Virus record (IMG/VR): IMGVR_UViG_3300020469_000010
Source: a virus
Strand: one strand, 5' to 3'
DNA: 64,000 bases
The notes beneath the pieces are model-generated. The model searched no databases. It saw only the letters and a program-made list of their open reading frames with translations, and was not told the DNA's origin. Numbering within the stretch: the stretch's first letter is position 1; each line of letters starts with the position of its first letter. Below, one piece after another: positions 35,804-45,971 of this stretch. The translations under genes and the position numbers were made by a program.

Positions 35804-38800
35804 ATGGGTCTTAGTCGTCTGGATAATTTTCTAAAGAGTTCAAAAGGTGAGATTCTATATGTAGATCCTTCTGCATTAGATTCTACTGACAGTATCGAAA
35901 ACAAAGGTAACTCTTTAGCAAGACCGTTTAAAACAATTCAAAGAGCACTGATTGAAGCCGCACGGTTTTCATATCAGTCTGGTCCCAACAATGATAGATT
36001 TGGTAGAACTACCATTTTACTCTATCCTGGTGAGCATATAGTAGATAATAGACCGGGATGGATACCAATTCACGACCAAATAGCAAATACATACAGACTT
36101 AGATCTGGAACTACTTCTGATGACTTCCCACCTTTTGACATCAATAGTAACTTTGATTTAGACAGTGATAATAACGCATTATATAAACTCAATAGTATTA
36201 ATGGTGGTGTTATCATCCCCAGAGGTACATCATTAGTTGGTCTTGACCTTAGAAAGACCAAGATTATTCCCAAGTATGTACCTGATCCAGAAAATGATCA
36301 GATTGAAAGATCTGCAATCTTCCGTGTAACTGGTGCATGTTACATGTGGCAGTTCTCCATCTTTGATGGTGATCAGACTGGCACTGTATATAAAGATTAT
36401 ACAACTAACTCATTCGTTCCTAACTTCTCACACCATAAACTAACAGTATTTGAATATGCTGATGGTGTAAATCCTGTATCTATTAATGATGACTTCTTAA
36501 TCTATGAAGATGAAGATACCGACCTTAAGATGTATTATCAAAAGGTTGGTTTTGCGTATGGAACACCTTCTGGTAGAGATGTATCCCCAGATTATCCTCT
36601 AGACAATTTAGATATTGAACCAAAGATTGATGAATTTAGAATTGTTGGTTCTACTGGTTCTGAAGTAGGTATTACAAGTATTAAAGCAGGTGATGGTTTA
36701 CTTACATCCACAGTTATTACTGTAGATCTAGTAGAACCTACAGTAGGATTAGATGTAGATACACCGATTCGTATTGAAGGCATTGCAGATGCTGGATATG
36801 ATGGAAAGTTTGCTATTTTTGAATCTATTAGTCCAACACAAATTAAATATCAAGTTTCTTCACCTCCAATAAATCCATTACCAGCAACAACTTCTGGTGC
36901 AACACTTAGTGTTTCTGTTGATACTGTTACATCTGCATCACCATATATCTTCAATATCTCTCTGAGATCAGTATTTGGTATGTGTGGTCTTCACGCTGAT
37001 GGTAGCAAGGCAGATGGATTTAAATCCATGGTTCTAGCTCAATATACTGGTATTGGTCTTCAGAAAGATGATAATGCTTTTGTTAAGTATAATCCATCAA
37101 ATGGATTGTATGAAAATCGTCTTGCTGCAGGAAATGAAAATATTCATACCGATAGTTTAGCACGATATAAACCCGAGTATGAAAACTTCCATATCAAGGC
37201 AAGTAATAATGCACTATTGCAAGTCGTTTCCGTCTTCGCAATTGGTTTTGCAAATCACTTCCTATTAGAGTCTGGTGGTGATGCATCTATTACTAACTCT
37301 AACTCAAACTTTGGAGCTAGATCTCTTGTTTCAAAAGGATTTAGACCAGATGCTTTTGATAGAGATGACTTAGGTTATATTTCTCATATTGTTACACCAA
37401 AAGAAATTGAGTCTACAGAAGGTGGAATCGAATTCTTAGGAATTGATGTTGGTGTATCTACTGCTGTAGGTATTGCAACAACTAGTAAATTGTTCTTATA
37501 TGCTGAAACTAACCAAGATAATCCACCAGCAACAGTTATTGATGGATTTAGAATTGGTGCAAGAGAAGATGAATCTTTGAAAGTTCTTCTTTCTGAAGGA
37601 AATGAAATTGTTACATATGAATCTAAAGTCGTAATGCCAAATACTGAAGGTACTTCAAATGAAGTATCTAAAGAGAAACGGCATAGAATTGCAAAAGTTA
37701 ATAATATAAATTCAATCTCATCAAATACAATTACTTTTGAAACTCCTCATTCATTCTTAAATGGTGAAAGTGTTAGAATTTTTAGTGAAGATGGAAGTCT
37801 TCCAGATGGAGTAGAATCTAATACAGTATATTTTGCAATTACTAATTCTATTTCACCAAATCCGGTACTAAACTCATCTGAAATTAAATTAGCAACAACA
37901 ATTAATGATGCTAATAATGATATTCCTATTACAATTAATAATGCAGGTGGAACTTTAACTGTTGTCAGTAGAGTATCTGATAAATCTGCTGGAGATTTAG
38001 GACACCCTGTTCAGTATGATGAAACTCAAGGTCAATGGTATATAAATGTCTCTACTGGAGGAACTGAGACAAGTATCTACAAGCAACTATTTGATAGAGG
38101 TGTTGCTCAACTTGGTGATGTGACACCAAGAACATTTGTATTGAGAAAACCCAGAGATAGATCTATTGAAGATAGTACATATAAGTTTAGATATATTCTT
38201 CCAAAAGATTCAACAATTTTTGCAAGACCTCCAGTTGATGGATTTGTATTCCAAGAATCAAATACTATTGATGGAGCAACTAATGAAGAAGTACAAAAGT
38301 TCTTAAGTTTTGATAGTCAAACACTTAACAACTCTACAGAATTTAGAAACTTCAAGTTTATTGCAAATGCCGAGTGGGATGCTGCAACTGCAAAAGCAAC
38401 ATATAGAACAGAACTTCCTCACAATTTAACTGAGGGAGCTCATGTAGAAATTTCTAATATTATTAGTGGACTCAATACTACTGGTCTTGCAAAGAAAGGT
38501 TTTAATGGTGAATTCTTCGTTGATTCTGTAGATAACAGAAAAGAATTTAAAATTTCTATATCAGTAGATCCTGGTGAATTTACAAGTGACACTACTGTTC
38601 GTGATAAAAATCTACCTAAGATCAAAAAGAAAAAACATAAAGGAACATACTTCTCATATAAATCTGAAGAAATTCGTCCATATATTCAGAATGAGCAGGA
38701 TGGAGTGTATCATGTAACGGTACTTAATTCATCAAATAATCCAACAGTATCACCATTTACTAATTTTAAACTACCTCAACCTGTTGGTAATCTTTATCCA

Positions 38801-41371
38801 GAATATGATAGAGATAACCCACTTTCAGATCCAGCAGAAGCAAGATCACATGCAACTAGAGATCTAATCGGAAGGGTTGTTGTTAACGATCCTGAGAAGA
38901 GTATCACTAAAGAAACTGTTGTTGCAAGTCTTCCTGACATCGGTATTGGTTTTGGTATAACTGATATTAAGTCTGACCAAGCAACTGATGCAACAACTCA
39001 TACCATCTTTACTGATAATGATCATGGTATGAATAGGTTGATTGAAGTTGAAGTTTTAGAGGGTGGAGAACAATATGGATCTGGAGCTGGCACCACAGAA
39101 TCACTCTTCAATGCACAATTAGTTGGTTTTGCTGGATCAGTTTCTGGATCTCATGCTACTGCAAGAGTAAGAGTTTCTACTGCAGGAACTTTATCTGAGG
39201 TTAAAATTATTGATGGTGGTAGTGCATATGGAGTTGGAAATACATTATCAGTCATTGGTATTAAGACATCTGGAGTAACTGGATTTGTTCCTGGACTTGT
39301 AAGAGTTACTAAAGTATATGATAATGTAGGAGACTCTATTTCAATTTTTGGTATCCCTGATTCAAATTCAGATTACAATACATCATACAAAATTTCCAGT
39401 GTAGGTGTTGGAGAAACTAGTAGTTTCAATGTTACTTCTGCAACTGCTGTAGGTATTGGTTCTACTCAGGGTGGTATTGGTGCAAATAATACTACTATTG
39501 CACATGGTATTTTAAATGGACAATCTTTCTCTGTTCTTTCTGCAGATTATACCTTCACTACAGGAATTGCTACATTTATTGTAGATAAACCTCATGGATT
39601 GCAAGTAAATGATAAATTCATCTTTGGTGGTGCAACTGGTGTAAGTACTGCTTTCAATGGTGAACATTTAATCACACAAATAGATACTTCAAACCTTGAT
39701 AGACTCACTGCAAGTATCGGAATAGGTACGACAACACTTCTTATTGGAGGATCTCCAGCAATATATCCTAAAGCAATTACATCAAAAGGTGGTGAAATTT
39801 CTATTGAGGATGAAAATATAAGTGCTAGAAATTCTTACTATTATGGAAATGTAACTGCGGTGCTGGCATCTCCGATGTCAAAAGTTGATACTACATTAGA
39901 AATTACAGATTTAGATAATTATGATTTAGAAATTGGTGATTTCCTATTAATTGGAAATGAAATTGTTAGGATAAAAAATTCAGTAACTGGAAATCCAATT
40001 ACTGTGTTTAGAGGAGTATTGGGAACGGAATCTAAGGCACATAATACCGGTATTGTTGTAAGAAGAATTATTGCAAAACCAGTTGAACTTAGAAGACATT
40101 CAATCATCCGTGCTTCTGGACATACATTTGAATATCTTGGATATGGTCCTGGTAACTATTCTACTGCATTCCCAGATAGACAAGATAGAGAATTGTCTGC
40201 TGAAGAAGAAGTCCTATCACAATCATTCTCAGATGAAGGTGGATTTATTGTTTACACTGGAATGAATAGTGATGGTGATTTCTATGTCTCTAACAAGAGA
40301 GTTATCACTACTGCAAATGATGAAGAAACATTCAATACACCACAGCAGAGATTTAGAGGAGAAACTAAAAAAGTTCCAAAGACAAAACTTGGATTCAATG
40401 TTATTTCTGCGGCGGAAGTTAATGTTACTGATGCTGTAAGAGTTGAGGGTGGTGATAGTAAGACAACTGTTTCTTATTTTGATGGTCCACTAATTGTTAA
40501 CAATAAACTTACAATTACTTCAAATAAAGGAGTAGAAACAACAGACATATTCTTACAAGGTAAGGAAACTGTATCAAGGAAATATACTGTTGGTATATCA
40601 GATCCACCATCCTCAGTTGAACTTACTGATGCCAACGCAGGAAATCCTGGTGACATTATCTTTAATGGTAATCCATTCAAAGGACAAAATGCTGGTTGGA
40701 TTTACACAACTGATAATGATTGGTATCCTTGGGGAATTATTTCAACAGATCATGATAAATTTACGATTGAAGGTAACTTCTTTGGAACATTTACTGGTGA
40801 TGGTCAAGGTCTAATCAATGTATCTGACATTTGGGCAATTGATGCAACAGGTATTCATACTACTCGTAATGTAGGTTTTGGATCTACAACCAGTTCCAAA
40901 CCAGATGTTGCGATGTATGTTCAGGGTAATGCGGAAATCCGTGGAACCATGAAGGTATTTGAGATTATTGAAAATACAACTCTCGATAATGTAACTGTTA
41001 TTGGTTCTGGTGTAACAAACCTTGAATTAGATCTCGATAGATCTTCAATCTATTACTTTACACAAGATGCTGGTGCAAACTGGGCAGTTAATCTTAGAGC
41101 AAATGTTGGTCTTGCACTAACTGATTTCCTTGATCTTGGTGAGTCTATTACAGTTGCTGTCACTACAAAACAAGGTCCAAGTCCATATTACAATGCTGAA
41201 GTTTATATTGACAATACTTTAGTTTCACCAAGATACTATGGATCACTTACGATAAATAGTGGCAATGCTAATAGTTTAGATCTGTACACATATGTTGTTG
41301 TAAGAAAGAACAACACAGGTAGTCCAGTTGCTGACTTTGATGTTCTATATTCACAATCTCAATATCAATAA
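35804..41371 (+). CDS. Large virion structural / tail fibre protein
   Basis: MGLSRLDNFLK..G.ILYVDP...RPFKTIQRALIEAARFSY N-terminus typical of cyanomyovirus virion proteins; CTAAATA upstream. Confidence 0.8.
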   Translation: MGLSRLDNFLKSSKGEILYVDPSALDSTDSIENKGNSLARPFKTIQRALIEAARFSYQSGPNNDRFGRTTILLYPGEHIVDNRPGWIPIHDQIANTYRLRSGTTSDDFPPFDINSNFDLDSDNNALYKLNSINGGVIIPRGTSLVGLDLRKTKIIPKYVPDPENDQIERSAIFRVTGACYMWQFSIFDGDQTGTVYKDYTTNSFVPNFSHHKLTVFEYADGVNPVSINDDFLIYEDEDTDLKMYYQKVGFAYGTPSGRDVSPDYPLDNLDIEPKIDEFRIVGSTGSEVGITSIKAGDGLLTSTVITVDLVEPTVGLDVDTPIRIEGIADAGYDGKFAIFESISPTQIKYQVSSPPINPLPATTSGATLSVSVDTVTSASPYIFNISLRSVFGMCGLHADGSKADGFKSMVLAQYTGIGLQKDDNAFVKYNPSNGLYENRLAAGNENIHTDSLARYKPEYENFHIKASNNALLQVVSVFAIGFANHFLLESGGDASITNSNSNFGARSLVSKGFRPDAFDRDDLGYISHIVTPKEIESTEGGIEFLGIDVGVSTAVGIATTSKLFLYAETNQDNPPATVIDGFRIGAREDESLKVLLSEGNEIVTYESKVVMPNTEGTSNEVSKEKRHRIAKVNNINSISSNTITFETPHSFLNGESVRIFSEDGSLPDGVESNTVYFAITNSISPNPVLNSSEIKLATTINDANNDIPITINNAGGTLTVVSRVSDKSAGDLGHPVQYDETQGQWYINVSTGGTETSIYKQLFDRGVAQLGDVTPRTFVLRKPRDRSIEDSTYKFRYILPKDSTIFARPPVDGFVFQESNTIDGATNEEVQKFLSFDSQTLNNSTEFRNFKFIANAEWDAATAKATYRTELPHNLTEGAHVEISNIISGLNTTGLAKKGFNGEFFVDSVDNRKEFKISISVDPGEFTSDTTVRDKNLPKIKKKKHKGTYFSYKSEEIRPYIQNEQDGVYHVTVLNSSNNPTVSPFTNFKLPQPVGNLYPEYDRDNPLSDPAEARSHATRDLIGRVVVNDPEKSITKETVVASLPDIGIGFGITDIKSDQATDATTHTIFTDNDHGMNRLIEVEVLEGGEQYGSGAGTTESLFNAQLVGFAGSVSGSHATARVRVSTAGTLSEVKIIDGGSAYGVGNTLSVIGIKTSGVTGFVPGLVRVTKVYDNVGDSISIFGIPDSNSDYNTSYKISSVGVGETSSFNVTSATAVGIGSTQGGIGANNTTIAHGILNGQSFSVLSADYTFTTGIATFIVDKPHGLQVNDKFIFGGATGVSTAFNGEHLITQIDTSNLDRLTASIGIGTTTLLIGGSPAIYPKAITSKGGEISIEDENISARNSYYYGNVTAVLASPMSKVDTTLEITDLDNYDLEIGDFLLIGNEIVRIKNSVTGNPITVFRGVLGTESKAHNTGIVVRRIIAKPVELRRHSIIRASGHTFEYLGYGPGNYSTAFPDRQDRELSAEEEVLSQSFSDEGGFIVYTGMNSDGDFYVSNKRVITTANDEETFNTPQQRFRGETKKVPKTKLGFNVISAAEVNVTDAVRVEGGDSKTTVSYFDGPLIVNNKLTITSNKGVETTDIFLQGKETVSRKYTVGISDPPSSVELTDANAGNPGDIIFNGNPFKGQNAGWIYTTDNDWYPWGIISTDHDKFTIEGNFFGTFTGDGQGLINVSDIWAIDATGIHTTRNVGFGSTTSSKPDVAMYVQGNAEIRGTMKVFEIIENTTLDNVTVIGSGVTNLELDLDRSSIYYFTQDAGANWAVNLRANVGLALTDFLDLGESITVAVTTKQGPSPYYNAEVYIDNTLVSPRYYGSLTINSGNANSLDLYTYVVVRKNNTGSPVADFDVLYSQSQYQ

Positions 41372-41384
41372 GGAGTTGTAAAAT

Positions 41385-44300
41385 ATGCCTTTAATTGGTG
41401 CTCAAGGTCCTGGTTCCCAGATTGCCTTCAGAGGTAATCTGGATGAATATCCAGATCAGTTTCAATTCCCTTCTGTTGTAGAAGTTAATCCAGGAACTTC
41501 TGGAATATCTACAGAAGTAGTAATTACAGGTATTAACTATAAAGCTTTAGTTACTCTTGTAGGGTCTGCAGCATCAGTAAGTGTAACTCCGTATCAAGAA
41601 GCAACTGATAATTATGGATCAGAGGGTGATTTTCTACCCGGTAATGATCCTAATAATCCAATTATTATTAGAAACAAAGATAAATTAAAACTTAAAATTG
41701 ATACATTGCCTCCTACTGTAAAGGAAGATTATGGTAGGATTTATGCTGCAAATATTAAAATTGGAAAGAGACCAGAATCTGTATGGTCAATAACAACCAA
41801 ACTTGTAGATAATGATCCAGATCCATTTAGTTTTAATTCTCAAAGTGGGTTAGAAGTATCTGATTTTGTTGCTAGTAATAATGTACCAATTACTGGAATA
41901 GATGAGATAGTTGGAATTGATGTGTTCATGTTATCTCAAACTGGTGAGATAAGAATTAACGGAGGTTCTCCTGTAAGATCCGGAAAAATATTTAATGGAC
42001 AAGGTATAGATATTGTTGATACAACATCAGGTTTTTATACTAAAGATGTAGTAAATACGGTTCAAGTCGGTACTTTTGCAACAACATTTACGCACTCAAC
42101 TAGAGATGCTGATAAGACAATTGATCCATTTACATTATCAACCGTAGTTAATTCTGATGTTAGTGTATCACAAGATTCTACCACAATTACAATCAGTGGT
42201 GCAGATCCAAGTATAAACAATAATAATCCACTACCAATTTCAATTACATCTGGTGGTCAATATAAAGTAACCCGTGGTGGTACAATTGTAACACAGTTTA
42301 CCGATGTTGCTGGAACTGTTGAAAATGGAGATGTAATCACTGTTAGACAAACTTCTTCTACAGAGTTTTCTACAGAAGTAAGTACGACACTAACAGTTTC
42401 AAATCAATCTTCAACTTTTAGAATAACAACAAGACCAAGACCGATTGATACAATTCCAGATCAATTTGCTTTTAATAATATAATTGATCAAAAAAGAAAT
42501 GTAGTTGTAAGTAGTAATGAAGTAGTTCTTGCTGGTATGACAGCATTTGGTGATGAAGGAACTGCATCAATTTCTGGTACAAATGGTACAAATGCTGAGT
42601 TTAAAGTAATACGAAATGATGAAATAGTTAGAGATTATAGTTCTAGTTCTTCTCAAGTACAACTGGGAGATAAGATACAATTAAGAGTAACTACATCACC
42701 AAATTCATTAGGAGATGTCTCCGCAACATTTACAGTTGCTGGAACAAATACTTTCACTGTATTGAGTGGTGTTAATGGATCAACAACTTCAACATGGAGT
42801 GTAATATCCGCATTAAGAACTTGCTCAATTGATATATTCAGTCTCACAAATCAAGTTGGAGATTCTGGAGGATTGCAACCAGGAGAATTGGCAGAGACTT
42901 CATTTGTTTCTACTGGTTTTGATGAAGATTGTGGAATAACTGCTACAACTTCCAATCCAAACTCATATTTAAAAATTGGAAATCGTCAAGGAACATCTTT
43001 AGATAATGTTGCTATTGGTGATATCATAGAAGTGTATATGAGTACACCATATTTTGATCAAACAAGAACTACGACAGTTACTCTAACATCTTCTTTTGGA
43101 ACTTCTAGAAGTGCTGATTGGTCTATTGGACCAGTTAGTCCCCCATTACCAGAACTAGATTTAAATGCTGTTGATAGAAATGTTGCGTTTGTTTTCCCAA
43201 ATGGTGGTACAGCAATATTAAATTATGTTTATAATTTTGTAACTAATGCAACGGTTACAACTAATTTTGGAGTTATTTCAGTTCCTATTAATACATTATC
43301 AAGTGGAAGTAAATCTGGAAGTGCAACACGAATAAATCTTCCTGCTGGAACAACTAATTTCACGATGACTGTCAGTAACTCGACAGGTTCCACTTCTGAT
43401 AATGTTGATGTAATTGTTGGAGTTCCACCAAATCCAACAATCTCTTTATGTCCATCTGATACATCAACTTGTTCAAATACATCAAATAATAATAAAGGTG
43501 GAAGTATTAGATTATTCTGGAAAACTACAAATTGTGTTAGAACAGAATCTCCAGATTTTTCTACTGGAGGAAAACAAAATGGAAATATATTAATAGAAAA
43601 TTTGATAGAAGATGATAAAGTATTTACAATTACTGCTATTGGTGCAGGAAATCCAGCTCCAACAGCAACAGCAACTCATACAGCAAATCTAAGACCATTT
43701 GTAGATATAAGCACTGACAGAGATTCAATTATTCTTGGAGAAAGTGTAACACTTTCTTGGACATCAGAATTTGCTACAGAAGTTGCGAACTCCAGTGGAT
43801 TTAGTACAAGAGATTTAAGTGGAACTTTAAATGTAACACCTACAACCAGAGGTAATTTTACTTTTGGTATCACTGTAAGAGATACTGATGGGGTGCAAAC
43901 ATCAGATTCTACGAATATTAATGTTATTGAAGATATATCACCATTTTCGTTTAGACTAGATCCAGATAGTTTTGATAATTTAAATCGTGGTCAAAGGGTA
44001 GAAACTCAACCAGTATTTACTGAAGGAGATCCAAATTCTTTAGGTGGATTATCTCCGGGAGTATCTCTAGTAGCAACATTAACTGGGCAAGGAAATCCAA
44101 AATTCACTAAAAATAATTCTACAACTTTAAATGTTGAAAATGGTACACCTACAAATGATCTAAAATTCTTCTTTAATGCTTCTGATGACTTTAATGTTGA
44201 GCATATTGTATCATTAGCAATTGGAGATAAATCAGACTCAGTTTCTGCCAGCACTGATAAATGTATTGTTGAAAACTCAACAGAAACTCTTGACGGTATG

Positions 44301-45902
44301 GTTTGGAATATGCGAAGATTATTCCACTTCAATTCAAAAAATACAAGAATATTTAATGATCTTGCTTTCCTTGATATTAAAAGTGGTGGTCAAGATTTAA
44401 TTAAAAGATTTGGTGAGGCAACACCTGCATATCAAGAGTTTCCATGTGTTAATAACACACAAACAGATTATACTTGGACTGCGCCTTCTGGGATATCAGA
44501 AGTTATATTCCAAGCAATTGGTGGTGGAGGTGCTGGAAGTACAGGTAAAGTAAAATATACAAAAACAAGAGGTAAAGGGCGGCAAGATAATGTTAGACAA
44601 ACCAAGTTAATACCAGGAAGTGGAGGTGGAGGTGGAGGAGCAGCTCAACTAGAAACCACAACAGTTGCATCAGGAACAGAATTTTTCATTACTGTTGGTG
44701 CTGGGGGAAATGTAGATTCTTTTCCCACTGGTGGAAAAACAGAAATAAATCCTGGAAAAATTTCTGGAACTTCTGCAATTTTCATTAGTGTTATTGATGA
44801 AGCTTCATCCTTTAAAAAACAACAGACTGTAGATAACGCTTATGCTAATTTTCAGGCAGAATTTCCAGGGCAACCATTTTATATACTACAGCCAGGAAGA
44901 ACAGCAAATCAGATTACACTTCCATCTTCATGGAATAATGACAAATTATCATATGGTCCAATTCAAGTTGGAAGGCAGGATGGGAGAGGCATCGATGTGG
45001 TTACTGATTGGTTTGACTTACTTGATCTAAAGAAATTTGGTAGAGGAACTTTAATTTCTTTAAGTATTGATGATTCTGGAAGTATGAAAAGATCATCTGT
45101 TGAAGATTCAATTACACTTTTCTTTGAAAAAACTGCTGCAGCAGAATTTACAATTGTAGAAAGAAGTATGGCAACATCAGAAAATTGGATTGCAGGACAT
45201 ACAGGTAAAACACCAATAGATATCCCATTAGAACCATTTATTACTGCCTTCGGTGGAAAGGCAGGTTCGACAAGAGGTGGACAGGGTGGTATTTTTAGTG
45301 GATCACCTTCAGATGGATTAACTGGTGGAAACGGAGGTTCTGGTGTACAAGGAAGTTCAAACAAAACTGGACATGGAGGTGGATCGGGAATTCCTATAGG
45401 TGGTAAATGTGACGATGGATCCGATTGTGGAAATACAGGATTTGGAGGAGGTTCCGGTAAAGGTAGCACTATTTCTGGAGGAGAATGTAAGGGAGATAAT
45501 TGTATGAGTAGAACCAATAATGGAGGTGATGCTAATGGAGGTGGTTTCGGTGCTGGAGGTGGTGGAGGTCAATCTAAAAAATTAAGAAATGGTACTGTTG
45601 ATCTTGGTAGAGGAGGAAATGGTGGAAATGGTCATGCAAAAATTTTATGGAAATTTGATTTCCCAGACTATACCAAAGCTCAAGTTGTAGATACTATCAG
45701 AAGAACTCACTGGGACGACATCGGTAGAGCACCGACATTTGAAGAACTTAAAGTATACTATAATCTGTTTAAAGATAGACCAGATCTAACTGGACAGAGT
45801 TTAGGTGAGTTTGAAATTTATATGAAAGGTAAAATTGCTGATATTAAAAATACAAGATCAGAAGATAATTGTGGAAATGTTTTTCCTCTCATAGATTTCT
45901 AA
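41385..45902 (+). CDS. Tail fibre-like protein with Ig-like repeats, Gly-rich domain and vWA-like insert
   Basis: Repeated PD.F.F modules, GGGG-rich C-terminal region, LSIDDSGSM. Confidence 0.7.
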   Translation: MPLIGAQGPGSQIAFRGNLDEYPDQFQFPSVVEVNPGTSGISTEVVITGINYKALVTLVGSAASVSVTPYQEATDNYGSEGDFLPGNDPNNPIIIRNKDKLKLKIDTLPPTVKEDYGRIYAANIKIGKRPESVWSITTKLVDNDPDPFSFNSQSGLEVSDFVASNNVPITGIDEIVGIDVFMLSQTGEIRINGGSPVRSGKIFNGQGIDIVDTTSGFYTKDVVNTVQVGTFATTFTHSTRDADKTIDPFTLSTVVNSDVSVSQDSTTITISGADPSINNNNPLPISITSGGQYKVTRGGTIVTQFTDVAGTVENGDVITVRQTSSTEFSTEVSTTLTVSNQSSTFRITTRPRPIDTIPDQFAFNNIIDQKRNVVVSSNEVVLAGMTAFGDEGTASISGTNGTNAEFKVIRNDEIVRDYSSSSSQVQLGDKIQLRVTTSPNSLGDVSATFTVAGTNTFTVLSGVNGSTTSTWSVISALRTCSIDIFSLTNQVGDSGGLQPGELAETSFVSTGFDEDCGITATTSNPNSYLKIGNRQGTSLDNVAIGDIIEVYMSTPYFDQTRTTTVTLTSSFGTSRSADWSIGPVSPPLPELDLNAVDRNVAFVFPNGGTAILNYVYNFVTNATVTTNFGVISVPINTLSSGSKSGSATRINLPAGTTNFTMTVSNSTGSTSDNVDVIVGVPPNPTISLCPSDTSTCSNTSNNNKGGSIRLFWKTTNCVRTESPDFSTGGKQNGNILIENLIEDDKVFTITAIGAGNPAPTATATHTANLRPFVDISTDRDSIILGESVTLSWTSEFATEVANSSGFSTRDLSGTLNVTPTTRGNFTFGITVRDTDGVQTSDSTNINVIEDISPFSFRLDPDSFDNLNRGQRVETQPVFTEGDPNSLGGLSPGVSLVATLTGQGNPKFTKNNSTTLNVENGTPTNDLKFFFNASDDFNVEHIVSLAIGDKSDSVSASTDKCIVENSTETLDGMVWNMRRLFHFNSKNTRIFNDLAFLDIKSGGQDLIKRFGEATPAYQEFPCVNNTQTDYTWTAPSGISEVIFQAIGGGGAGSTGKVKYTKTRGKGRQDNVRQTKLIPGSGGGGGGAAQLETTTVASGTEFFITVGAGGNVDSFPTGGKTEINPGKISGTSAIFISVIDEASSFKKQQTVDNAYANFQAEFPGQPFYILQPGRTANQITLPSSWNNDKLSYGPIQVGRQDGRGIDVVTDWFDLLDLKKFGRGTLISLSIDDSGSMKRSSVEDSITLFFEKTAAAEFTIVERSMATSENWIAGHTGKTPIDIPLEPFITAFGGKAGSTRGGQGGIFSGSPSDGLTGGNGGSGVQGSSNKTGHGGGSGIPIGGKCDDGSDCGNTGFGGGSGKGSTISGGECKGDNCMSRTNNGGDANGGGFGAGGGGGQSKKLRNGTVDLGRGGNGGNGHAKILWKFDFPDYTKAQVVDTIRRTHWDDIGRAPTFEELKVYYNLFKDRPDLTGQSLGEFEIYMKGKIADIKNTRSEDNCGNVFPLIDF

Positions 45903-45923
45903 TAGATGCCAATATGTTTCTAA

Positions 45924-45931
45924 TATAAATA
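45924..45931 (+). promoter_or_regulatory. T4-type late promoter
   Basis: TATAAATA 40 nt upstream of the structural gene at 45972. Confidence 0.75.
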
Positions 45932-45971
45932 TTAGAAAATATCGAGGGGATAGTGAACCTCAGGAGATCTA

